DNA of 20,412 nucleotides, from NCBI GenBank assembly GCA_027492035.1, contig JAOZFT010000022.1:1-20412 (forward strand). The letters are read 5' to 3'. Below are positions 1-7,685 of this stretch, in pieces (position 1 is the stretch's first letter; every line of letters begins with the position of its first letter). A model generated the notes under the pieces. The model saw only the letters and a program-made list of their open reading frames with translations. It made no database searches and was not told the origin of the DNA. The stretch is from Thermoproteota archaeon (GTDB lineage Archaea > Korarchaeota > JAOZGF01 > JAOZFZ01). A program made the translations under genes and the position numbers.

Positions 1-1860
1 GAATACGCAAGAATCCCTTTAAGAAAAGGAGTGAACATTATCTGCGGCCCCAACGGTTCCGGAAAAAGCTCTATTCTACTTGCCTTGGCAGTAGCTCTAG
101 GTCAAACCTACACTGAAAGAGGGAGAAAACTAAGTGATCTAATCAGGAGAGGAAAGGATTTAGCCAGGGTTACTGTTGTTTTTGACAATTCCCCAAGAAA
201 AGGGAAAAGGCCAATACCTACGTGGAGAAATGACGACTTCTTACTTACCAGGTATATTAGAAAGGATGGAACTTATTGGCAAGAAATAAACTACAAAAGC
301 GTGACGAAAAACGAGGTAAGAAAGTTCCTTGAAAAGGTTGGAATTAACCCGGAAAACCTGTTGATTATTATGCATCAAAACATGATTGAGGAGTTCAGTT
401 TCCTTTCCCCTCAAGAGAAACTTCTGATGTTTGAGGAAGCAGTAGGTATTAAGGATTACCGTGAAAAAATTATTGAAGGAAGAAATAAACTTTCAGCTGT
501 GTTAAGTGAAGAAGAAGCTGTTAAAACAATGCTTAAAAAAGCACATGAAACCCTTTCTTACTGGGAAAAAGAATACAGGAAATTCCTGGAGAAAAAGGAG
601 CTGTTGAAAAGGAAAAAAGAGCTAGAGAGAGAATTAGCATGGGCCAAAGTAAAGAACCATGAAAGAACCCTTTCAAAACTTCAACAAGCAACGAAAAAAC
701 TTGAAAAAGAAATAACGGAGTTGAAAGCACTGCTTAAAAAAGAGAAACTGGAAATAAATGGGTGCAATTCACAAATCAACAAGTTACGAAAGCAAGTAGC
801 TAATAATTATGGGGAAGTTATTCAGTTAGAGAAGGAAATAACCCAGTTAGAAACAAAAAGGAAGATTTATTTAGAAATAAAGAATTTGTTAGGTGAAGAA
901 GAAAGGGTTACAAGGAAGAAACCCCTTGTCAAGTTCTTAGAAGAAATAACTTTTTCCCAGAAAGAAATAGACGAATTGAAGAAGAAAGTAAGGGAGGGGA
1001 AAAGGAGGATTAGTTCTGTAGAGGAGGAAAGGGATGTTTTCACCGAAAAATTGATTGGGTTAAAAATAAGTGAAGCGCTGCACATGTTCAAGGTAGAGCT
1101 GAAAACTGAAGAATTGGTAGACGTAAATAAGGAGATAAGGAAGGTAAGTAATGAACTGAAAGAACTTAAACTAAATGCTGAATTGAAGGGTGAAAGGGTG
1201 GAGAGTTTCAGGAAAATAAATGAAATAACTGACGAAATAAAGCTTGTGAATTCGAGATTAATGACGTTGAGGAATGTTTCACAAGACACTGAAACCTTTT
1301 ACCTAAATTACAAGGGAATAGTTAAGGATTTAGAGGAAAAAGCTAGAATAGCAGCGGAAAACAGGAAAAGAGCCATTGAAGAACTTGAGTTAAGGATTCG
1401 TAAATGGAGGGAGGTAGTAAGAAGTATTTTAAGGAACGTGAACAAAACCTATGACGAAATACTTAAAAAATTAAATGCTGTAGGTAACGTGAAGTTTGTA
1501 AACAGCCATGACGTTGAAGAAGCAGGCCTTGAGCTTCAAGTAGGTTTCCAGGGGGCTGAACCACAAATTCTTGACTCATACACTCAAAGCGGCGGAGAAA
1601 GGACGGTAGCAGTTATGTCTTTCCTTTTAGCTCTTCAACAGCACATAAAGTCACCTATAAGAGCAGTAGATGAATTCGACGTCCACATGGACCCAAAAAA
1701 TAGGGAAGCGTTACTTAATCAACTCTTCTCTGCAGTGGAGAAACAAAATATCCAGTATATAATCATCACACCTGGGATACTTCCAAATTTAAATGAAGAC
1801 GTGAATGTGATTGTGGTCCAGAATGTGGAGGGAGTTTCAAAAACAAGTTCAGTGGAGTGA
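1..1860 (+). CDS. SMC-family ATPase, short Smc5/6-like (archaeal SMC-related), 5'-truncated by the window edge
   Basis: Frame is open from base 1 (EYARIPLRKGVNIICGPNGSGKSS), so the true start lies upstream of the window and GTG31 is internal. Walker A GPNGSGKS, R-loop GRKLSDLIRRG, Q-loop IMHQN, about 340 aa of heptad-rich coiled coil, signature QSGGER, Walker B/D-loop SPIRAVDEFDVHMD, terminal QYIIITP. Confidence 0.93.
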   Translation, partial: EYARIPLRKGVNIICGPNGSGKSSILLALAVALGQTYTERGRKLSDLIRRGKDLARVTVVFDNSPRKGKRPIPTWRNDDFLLTRYIRKDGTYWQEINYKSVTKNEVRKFLEKVGINPENLLIIMHQNMIEEFSFLSPQEKLLMFEEAVGIKDYREKIIEGRNKLSAVLSEEEAVKTMLKKAHETLSYWEKEYRKFLEKKELLKRKKELERELAWAKVKNHERTLSKLQQATKKLEKEITELKALLKKEKLEINGCNSQINKLRKQVANNYGEVIQLEKEITQLETKRKIYLEIKNLLGEEERVTRKKPLVKFLEEITFSQKEIDELKKKVREGKRRISSVEEERDVFTEKLIGLKISEALHMFKVELKTEELVDVNKEIRKVSNELKELKLNAELKGERVESFRKINEITDEIKLVNSRLMTLRNVSQDTETFYLNYKGIVKDLEEKARIAAENRKRAIEELELRIRKWREVVRSILRNVNKTYDEILKKLNAVGNVKFVNSHDVEEAGLELQVGFQGAEPQILDSYTQSGGERTVAVMSFLLALQQHIKSPIRAVDEFDVHMDPKNREALLNQLFSAVEKQNIQYIIITPGILPNLNEDVNVIVVQNVEGVSKTSSVE

Positions 1861-1863
1861 AGA

Positions 1864-2631
1864 ATGAAAAGGGAAGAAAAGGAATTAATTCAAAGAATTA
1901 TACAGCTTGGGGAAATGTTTGGAAAAGGGAACATAGACCCTTTCCAAATTAACGTAATAAGGTACTTAAACCTTTTAAGGGAAATATTTCCGAAAATGAA
2001 AACTACACAGGAACTGAAAATGGATATTGAAGCATTAAGGCAGTTGATTAACATAGTTTTTCAACAAAAGGAGTTTTTGAAACAGAAATCTTCAAAACTT
2101 TACCTGGACCCCTTACTTGTTGAATGGAAAATAGAAAACTTAAGCAATAAAGAGTTAAGTGAAATACTTATTAATTCGTGGCATCCAATAGTGGAAATAA
2201 ATCAGTTAAACAAAGAAAGGATTAAACAGTCAATAGAGTACTGGAGAGAGATTTTAGGTGGAAAAAGGAAGACGGAGCTTGAGAAACTATGTGAAGCTAC
2301 TCATGGAAAGATAAAACTTGAAGACCTTAAAAAGCATGGTTTTTTAAGTGAGGAAACCTTTATTCAAACCTTAAACAGTTTCTTTAAAGAAGTAACTTCG
2401 AAAATAATTGAAAAAGGACAAATATCTTATTGGGAAGCCGTGAAAAGTGAAAAGTTTCATCAAACAGTGAAGAAAGCTTACCTTCTAAGTTTCCTCTTAA
2501 CTGCAGGCTTATTAGAAATAGAAATAGATCCCATAAGGGAGGAAATCACCTTGAAAATTCCTATGAAAAGGAAGGGTGTTAGGATGGGGGGGTACTCCCT
2601 ACCTATTCCTCTCACACCTGGAAAAGTGTAG
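1864..2631 (+). CDS. Putative kleisin subunit (ScpA-like N-terminus, Nse4-like C-terminal winged helix)
   Basis: ATG 3 nt after the SMC stop. N-terminal IDPFQINVIRYLNLL resembles the ScpA 'DPWDI.I' motif. C-terminal ISYWEAVKSEKFHQTVKKAYLLSFLLTAGLLEIEID resembles the kleisin/Nse4 C-terminal WH. Size (255 aa) is typical of prokaryotic kleisins. Confidence 0.72.
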   Translation: MKREEKELIQRIIQLGEMFGKGNIDPFQINVIRYLNLLREIFPKMKTTQELKMDIEALRQLINIVFQQKEFLKQKSSKLYLDPLLVEWKIENLSNKELSEILINSWHPIVEINQLNKERIKQSIEYWREILGGKRKTELEKLCEATHGKIKLEDLKKHGFLSEETFIQTLNSFFKEVTSKIIEKGQISYWEAVKSEKFHQTVKKAYLLSFLLTAGLLEIEIDPIREEITLKIPMKRKGVRMGGYSLPIPLTPGKV

Positions 2632-2659
2632 GAGTAAATGGGGAAGAGGAAAACAAGAA

Positions 2660-3235
2660 ATGTCTAAAAATGAACAATTGGAAATTAAAAGCAAAGTTGA
2701 GAAAGCAGCAAGGCTTTTATTAATGAAAAGGCAGCGTCAACCCGGAGTAAAGGGTTGGGAGTTAAAGAAAAACTTGGGGCCGAAATATTTAGAGGTTATA
2801 AAGCTCTTAAAGAAACAATTGGAGGATATAGGGTTATCAATTAAAATAATTCCCCAAGAGGAATCTGGAACAAATGGAAAGGAAGCAATGTACAATAAAG
2901 CAAAGTTTTATGTTGTTTTTAAGGAGCATCCCACTTTAAGTGAAGTTAAAACAGCAGGTTGGAGAATAGATGACTTAGCAATGCTTTCAGCAACTCTTTT
3001 ACAAATAATTTCACACCAAGGAAGAGTTGAAAGAAAGGAAGTTGAAGAAATGTTGTACAGCAAATTTTTAAAGTGGAGAGTCGACTACAACCTAAACAGG
3101 TTCATAAAAATGGGTTATTTAAGGGAAGATGAAAAAGGGTTACTTTACATAGATTGGAGGACTAAAGCTGAAATAGACAGCGAAACTTTAATGAGTTTAC
3201 TTTTAGCCAAACCCTCACTTAAGGAAAAAAGCTGA
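2660..3235 (+). CDS. Putative KITE subunit (tandem winged helix, Nse3/MAGE/Nse1-like), about 191 aa
   Basis: Likely start ATG2660 (MSKNEQ) after GAGGA at 2646-2650, not the overlapping start at 2576 in the ORF track. WH-A-like KVEKAARLLLMKRQRQPGVKGWELKK...LKKQLEDIGLSIKII; WH-B-like LAMLSATLLQIISHQGRVERKEVEEML...LNRFIKMGYL...WRTKAEID. Third gene of the SMC-kleisin operon. Confidence 0.68.
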   Translation: MSKNEQLEIKSKVEKAARLLLMKRQRQPGVKGWELKKNLGPKYLEVIKLLKKQLEDIGLSIKIIPQEESGTNGKEAMYNKAKFYVVFKEHPTLSEVKTAGWRIDDLAMLSATLLQIISHQGRVERKEVEEMLYSKFLKWRVDYNLNRFIKMGYLREDEKGLLYIDWRTKAEIDSETLMSLLLAKPSLKEKS

Positions 3236-3265
3236 AAAAATTTTTAAAAAGATTAATCGAGTTGC

Positions 3266-3850
3266 TTAATACTCTTCACATTTAATTTGGAAATAGCTTC
3301 TTGGGTGGCCGCAGGAGGGACATTTTTCAGGAGGCTCTTTCCCGTAATGGACGTATCCACATTCTCTACAAACCCACCAGACCTCTTTCTCTTTACGGAA
3401 CACTGTCCCTGCCTCAACTTGTGAAAGCAACTTCTTAAATCTTTCTTCATGATGTTGCTCCGCTTTAGCAATAGCCCTTAATCTCTCTGCAATTTTATTC
3501 AACCCTTCCTTTTCAGCAACATCTGCGAAAGACGGGTACATTTCAGTGTACTCATAGTTTTCACCAGCAATGGCTGCTTTCAAGTTTTCTTCGGTGCTGC
3601 CGAACACGGTTGAGGCTAAAGCTTCCACTTTAACTTCTTTCAGGTCTTCACCGCCCCCCTTTTTTAGTTCATCAATGAATTTAAACAGTGTATTAGCATG
3701 TTCCTTCTCATTTTCTGCGGTTAAAAGAAAAATTTCAGCTATCTGTTCAAACCCTTCCTTTTTCGCTACTTTTGCGTAAAAACCATAGCGATTCCTGGCT
3801 TGGCTTTCACCAATAAATGCTTTAACTAAGTTTTTAAAGGTTTCTTTCAT
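3266..3850 (-). CDS. rbr: Rubrerythrin
   Basis: Start most likely ATG3850 (MKETFKNLVKAFIGESQARNRY). Diiron motifs ENEKEHA, GENYEYTEMYP and AEQHHEERF; C-terminal rubredoxin-like CRECGY...CPSCGHP. Confidence 0.96.
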   Translation of the reverse strand: MKETFKNLVKAFIGESQARNRYGFYAKVAKKEGFEQIAEIFLLTAENEKEHANTLFKFIDELKKGGGEDLKEVKVEALASTVFGSTEENLKAAIAGENYEYTEMYPSFADVAEKEGLNKIAERLRAIAKAEQHHEERFKKLLSQVEAGTVFRKEKEVWWVCRECGYVHYGKEPPEKCPSCGHPRSYFQIKCEEY

Positions 3851-3866
3851 AATAAACCACTCATAT

Positions 3867-3884
3867 CCTTCAAAAATTTGAAGG
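3867..3884. promoter_or_regulatory. Perfect 8-bp inverted repeat CCTTCAAA-AA-TTTGAAGG, candidate operator upstream of rbr
   Basis: Lies between a TATA-like TTTTTAAC (minus strand, about 3900-3893) and the rbr ATG at 3850. Confidence 0.4.
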
Positions 3885-3979
3885 GTCATCCAGTTAAAAA
3901 GTATTTATTTTTTACGGTTTAAACCCAAACTTAAAAACCAACAAAAAATCTTTTTTAAGCATTTTTAGAAGGTAGTGAG

Positions 3980-6853
3980 TTAAAAGTATTTTGCCTTCTC
4001 AAATTTATTCAGAAGCTCTTCCCTTTCAGCTCTCCAAATTTCTTCAAACAATTTATTAGTGACTTTATCCTCCCTTTCTATTAACTTTTTTGCTTTCTTG
4101 AAGCTTATGTTAGCAGTTAAAACAATAACTGCTAAAATTCCCTTTAAAGAAACAAGTTCAGATGTTTTAACTAGTTTTCTCCAGATTTTATTTTTCTTTT
4201 CAACTCCCTTCTTTCCTTTCAAAGTTTCTATTTCTCTCCTAACTTTTTCAACAGGTTCATTCACTAACCCTACCCTTTTTGACTTGCAGAAGGGGCAAGT
4301 GACCGGGGGCTCCAGCTCAAACACTTTCCTTTCTTCAACATATTTTAAACAGTTTAAGCAAACAAATACACGGGACTCTGAAAGAATTCTTGTTTTGACC
4401 GAGAGAATCCTTAACATCCTGTTTTTTTCAGGTTTAAATGGTTCAAGGTGCTCTTGAAGGAACTTAAACGAGTTTTTAGCTATTTCAGTGGGTTTTTCCT
4501 GCTCCCCTAAAACCTGTATCTCTATTTCTCCCTCCCTTATCTTTTCAAGTACTTTAGTTGTTTTCTCCAGATCTAAATCTTTACTTTTAACTTCTTTCAG
4601 TGCCTCGACATATACTGGAGTGTCTTTTAAACCAGTCAACAATTGTTCAATCAAAGTATTTGTCACCCTAACCTTCTTCTCCAATACACCCATTCTCTGC
4701 GCTACATGTGTTAGTCTCCACTTAAAGAAGCCACTCCTTGAAATGAAAGGCTCCAAGTAGGTTTCAATGTCTCTCTCATGCTCAACCAAAATTTCTTTAA
4801 TTACTGACGGAGTCAATGTTTCAGTGTTAATTATTATCCTGTATGGTCCTTCGTGGATATATATGTTTTCAGCTGTTAAATCCGTTAATTTAGAGGATAA
4901 ATACAGCCCCAAGGTTCTGTTGACTTTTGTGCCAAAATGCATGTGGACAATTATGTGCCCTTTAATTTTTTCAATCAGGACTCTTTTGTTTGTGGGTAAG
5001 GGCAAGCCTTTGGAGGCTTGGATATAGGCATCCTTCAACCCCTTAATTAAAGCTTCTTTACTGAAAGGGTAAACTTTTAAGGTTTCCTCCACTATTTCTG
5101 TAAAATTTCTTCCCTCCTTAACCATTCTCTCAACTATACCCCTTAATTCACCTACTTCTTGAGCTATTTCGAAGGGGACAGGGATGTATTCCCCTACCCA
5201 ACTGGGAATTGAACCTAGATAGTCTTCTTCAGGGGAAACATAAACTTTGTCCTCAAACACCTGAATTATTTTCCAAGGTTTGCCTGAAATAACGAATTTT
5301 GTCCCTGGAGTGCCGTGTTCGGCAACAAAGAAATCGTCAAGTAAACCTACAGGCAAGTTATCTTCCTCATTAATCACCAGGTATTGTTTAACTTCAGGTA
5401 TCATGGAGAGGTTTTGGTAGAAGTAATTGTATAGTCTTGCACGGTTCCTGCCTCGGCCGAATTCTCCATCTTCCCTTGAAAACCAAACAAATTTGTTTGG
5501 CAGGTTTTCCATGAAAAGTAAAAGCTTAACTAATTCTTCTTTTTCAAGGTTTCTGTAAGGATAAGCCTTTTTCACGAGATTAAAAAGCTCCTCTAAACCC
5601 CATTTGCCTTTTACAATTAAGTAACTAGTTATTTCATGCATCAAAACGTCTAAAGGTTTGTCAGGGATGTTTAATGGTTCAAGTTTTTCTTTTGAAGCAT
5701 TTTTAATTATTGCCAGGGATTCTAAAGCGTCGTCTGAGTTCTGAACCACTACAACCCCTTTAGAAACCTCTTCCAGTTTATGCCCACTTCTACCAATTCT
5801 TTGAATAAGTCTTGTAACCTGTCTTGGGGAATTGTACTGGATGCAGAAATCAATAGTTCCAATATCTATTCCTAACTCAAGGGATGAAGTGCAGATTACG
5901 CTTCTATACTCTCCCTCTTTTAACCCTTGCTCTGATTTAAGCCTTGTCGCAGTTGACAGTGAACCATGGTGAATGTTTATAGGTGTCTTCAAATCCAAGA
6001 GTTTAAACCTGCTCGTTAAAAGTTCAGCTGTGGTTCTTGTGTTTGTGAACAAAAGAGTTGTCTTGTTCCTATCTATTATTTCCCTTATCACCCTTAACCT
6101 GGCTGCAACTTCAGGGTGTAGGAAAAATTTCTGGGCTGAAAAGAAGTCCTTCCTAGAGGGGGTTGGAAAAACGACGTCAACCTTAATTTTTTTAGCTACA
6201 GGCACATAAACGATTTTACATTCCCTTCCTACACCACAAAGAAGTTTAGCTGCTTCTTTAGGGCTTCCCACGGTAGCCGACAAACCAATTATTTGAAAAT
6301 CTCTTCCAATAGTCCACCTTAACTTTTCAAGTGAGAGAGTTAACTGCACACCCCTCTTGTTCTCAGCTAATTCATGAACTTCATCCACAATAACCCATTT
6401 AACGGTTTTAAGTGTTTCACGCAGTAATTTACCGTTCAAAATTATTTGTAAAGTTTCAGGAGTTGTAATTAAAACATCAGGAGGAGCAATAACTTGTTTC
6501 CTTCTTTCAAAAGGGAGAGTGTCACCATGTCTCACATTAATTCTCACATCTAATCTTCTACACCACCATTCAAGCCTCTCAAGCAAATCCCTGTTCAAAG
6601 CCCTTAAAGGAGTTATGTAGATTAATTTGACACCGTACTCCCTAGGTGTTGAAAGGATTTTTTGCAGAACAGGTAAAAAAGCAGCTTCTGTTTTACCTGT
6701 TCCAGTTGGAGCAATTACTAAAACATTCTCTCCCTTAAGAATAAAAGGAATTGCTTCAAGCTGAGGGGGAGTAAGTTCAGTAAATCCATGAGCCTTAAAA
6801 AGCTCCTTAACAGGTTTAATTAACAAATTTAAAATTTGAGAGGAATCACTCAA
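3980..6853 (-). CDS. lhr: Lhr-family ATP-dependent SF2 helicase with C-terminal Cys4 motif
   Basis: TTG start preceded by GGTGG. Motifs: Q motif LTPPQ, PTGTGKT, YITPLRALNRD, TTPETL, DEVHE, LSAT, HHGSLS, TSSLELGIDIG, QRIGRSGH; Lhr-specific SMIP and IPSWVGE; C-terminal CLNC...CPFC. Confidence 0.94.
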   Translation of the reverse strand: MSDSSQILNLLIKPVKELFKAHGFTELTPPQLEAIPFILKGENVLVIAPTGTGKTEAAFLPVLQKILSTPREYGVKLIYITPLRALNRDLLERLEWWCRRLDVRINVRHGDTLPFERRKQVIAPPDVLITTPETLQIILNGKLLRETLKTVKWVIVDEVHELAENKRGVQLTLSLEKLRWTIGRDFQIIGLSATVGSPKEAAKLLCGVGRECKIVYVPVAKKIKVDVVFPTPSRKDFFSAQKFFLHPEVAARLRVIREIIDRNKTTLLFTNTRTTAELLTSRFKLLDLKTPINIHHGSLSTATRLKSEQGLKEGEYRSVICTSSLELGIDIGTIDFCIQYNSPRQVTRLIQRIGRSGHKLEEVSKGVVVVQNSDDALESLAIIKNASKEKLEPLNIPDKPLDVLMHEITSYLIVKGKWGLEELFNLVKKAYPYRNLEKEELVKLLLFMENLPNKFVWFSREDGEFGRGRNRARLYNYFYQNLSMIPEVKQYLVINEEDNLPVGLLDDFFVAEHGTPGTKFVISGKPWKIIQVFEDKVYVSPEEDYLGSIPSWVGEYIPVPFEIAQEVGELRGIVERMVKEGRNFTEIVEETLKVYPFSKEALIKGLKDAYIQASKGLPLPTNKRVLIEKIKGHIIVHMHFGTKVNRTLGLYLSSKLTDLTAENIYIHEGPYRIIINTETLTPSVIKEILVEHERDIETYLEPFISRSGFFKWRLTHVAQRMGVLEKKVRVTNTLIEQLLTGLKDTPVYVEALKEVKSKDLDLEKTTKVLEKIREGEIEIQVLGEQEKPTEIAKNSFKFLQEHLEPFKPEKNRMLRILSVKTRILSESRVFVCLNCLKYVEERKVFELEPPVTCPFCKSKRVGLVNEPVEKVRREIETLKGKKGVEKKNKIWRKLVKTSELVSLKGILAVIVLTANISFKKAKKLIEREDKVTNKLFEEIWRAEREELLNKFEKAKYF

Positions 6854-7311
6854 AATAAATCCACCAAAAACCTAAAAGTAAAGAAATTAAAAAATAAGTT
6901 TGCTTTTTCAACTGAAAAGAAACAGGGAACTAAAGTCTCAAAAATACTCCCCCCCCCCAAAAAAAAAGAATAAACCACAATATTGAAGCCACATACAAGT
7001 TACGCATTAACTTACGTATTTAACCCAATTGGCATTCACTTAATTCTTACCGGCGCCTTCCCTTATTTAAACATTTCCACTCTTTCCTCAGTTTTACATA
7101 ACCTATCCCTACTTTTTTGGGGGATTTAGGAGATTTGCCTCTTTATTAAACAATTTTTTAAATGCTCCAGTTTAAATACCTGAAACAGTTAAATGAAAAT
7201 TTTTAAGCACCCTACATTTCCATTCACCCAAAAAATCTCCTTAAAAACCCTTTTTTGAAGAGTTTAATGGTTTATGAAGGTGAACTTATGCATTACATTC
7301 ACAGCATTTAT

Positions 7312-7685
7312 TTTGAAAATTAGATTGCTTGTTATAGAGGCCGAGTAAAGCAGGTTATCGATATTGTCTACGTGGCCTAGTTTACGAAGCTTAAAGCCAA
7401 CTTTACAGCCTTAGGCGAGGGATTGATCCATTCATAAAACCCTAATTCTAAAAGAGATTTCACTGCTACACCTACTTCATCCTCCACATTTAAATTTAGA
7501 CGTTCCTTTCTCCATAACCCTTGTCTATGACTTCAATCTATGAGATTGTTAAACAGTAAAACTTAACTACTCCCTTAAACACGGCCTCCCTAAGCTTAGA
7601 TATTTGTTCATCAGGTAAATCCCTTTACTTCGATGCCGAAGCTTGGCAGGATATATGTTGAACCTAATAAAACTTTAAACATCAT
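7312..7685 (-). pseudogene. vapC: VapC/PIN-domain toxin pseudogene (not in ORF track)
   Basis: Manual minus-strand translation across frameshifts gives MMFKVLL(G)STYILPSFGIEVKG / DLPDEQISKLREAVFKGVVKFYCLTIS*IEVIDK / RLNLNVEDEVGVAVKSLLELGFYEWINPSPKAVKLA / FKLRKLGHVDNIDNLLYSASITSNLIF. This is a PIN pattern with the first catalytic Asp replaced by Gly, an in-frame TAG at 7540-7538 and about three frameshifts. Confidence 0.75.

Noticed and set aside
533-1289. Minus-strand ORFs 533-730 and 867-1289
   Set aside because: Antisense shadows of the Lys/Glu-rich SMC coiled coil, with Phe/Ser/Leu-rich composition.
2576-2659. N-terminal extension of the 2576..3235 ORF
   Set aside because: It overlaps the kleisin gene by 56 nt and reads as non-protein-like; ATG2660 has an RBS.
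1-3235. Wadjet/MksBEFG or Rad50-Mre11 interpretation of the SMC operon
   Set aside because: No JetD/MksG TOPRIM nuclease or Mre11 gene in the window, the order is SMC-kleisin-KITE, there is no zinc hook, and the head motifs are Smc5/6-like. Genes upstream of base 1 cannot be seen, so a nuclease partner is not fully excluded.
3253-3779. ORFs 3253-3471 (-) and 3570-3779 (+)
   Set aside because: Alternative-frame or antisense overlaps of rubrerythrin with no motifs.
4059-6209. Plus-strand ORFs inside lhr
   Set aside because: Antisense shadow ORFs of a well-supported gene.
6900-7260. Possible replication origin (AT-rich stretch, repeated TGGAAATGT on the minus strand at 7071-7079 and 7214-7222, G-strings)
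   Set aside because: Only half of an ORB-like motif is present (no TCCA-N-TGGA dyad), and no cdc6/orc1 gene is nearby.
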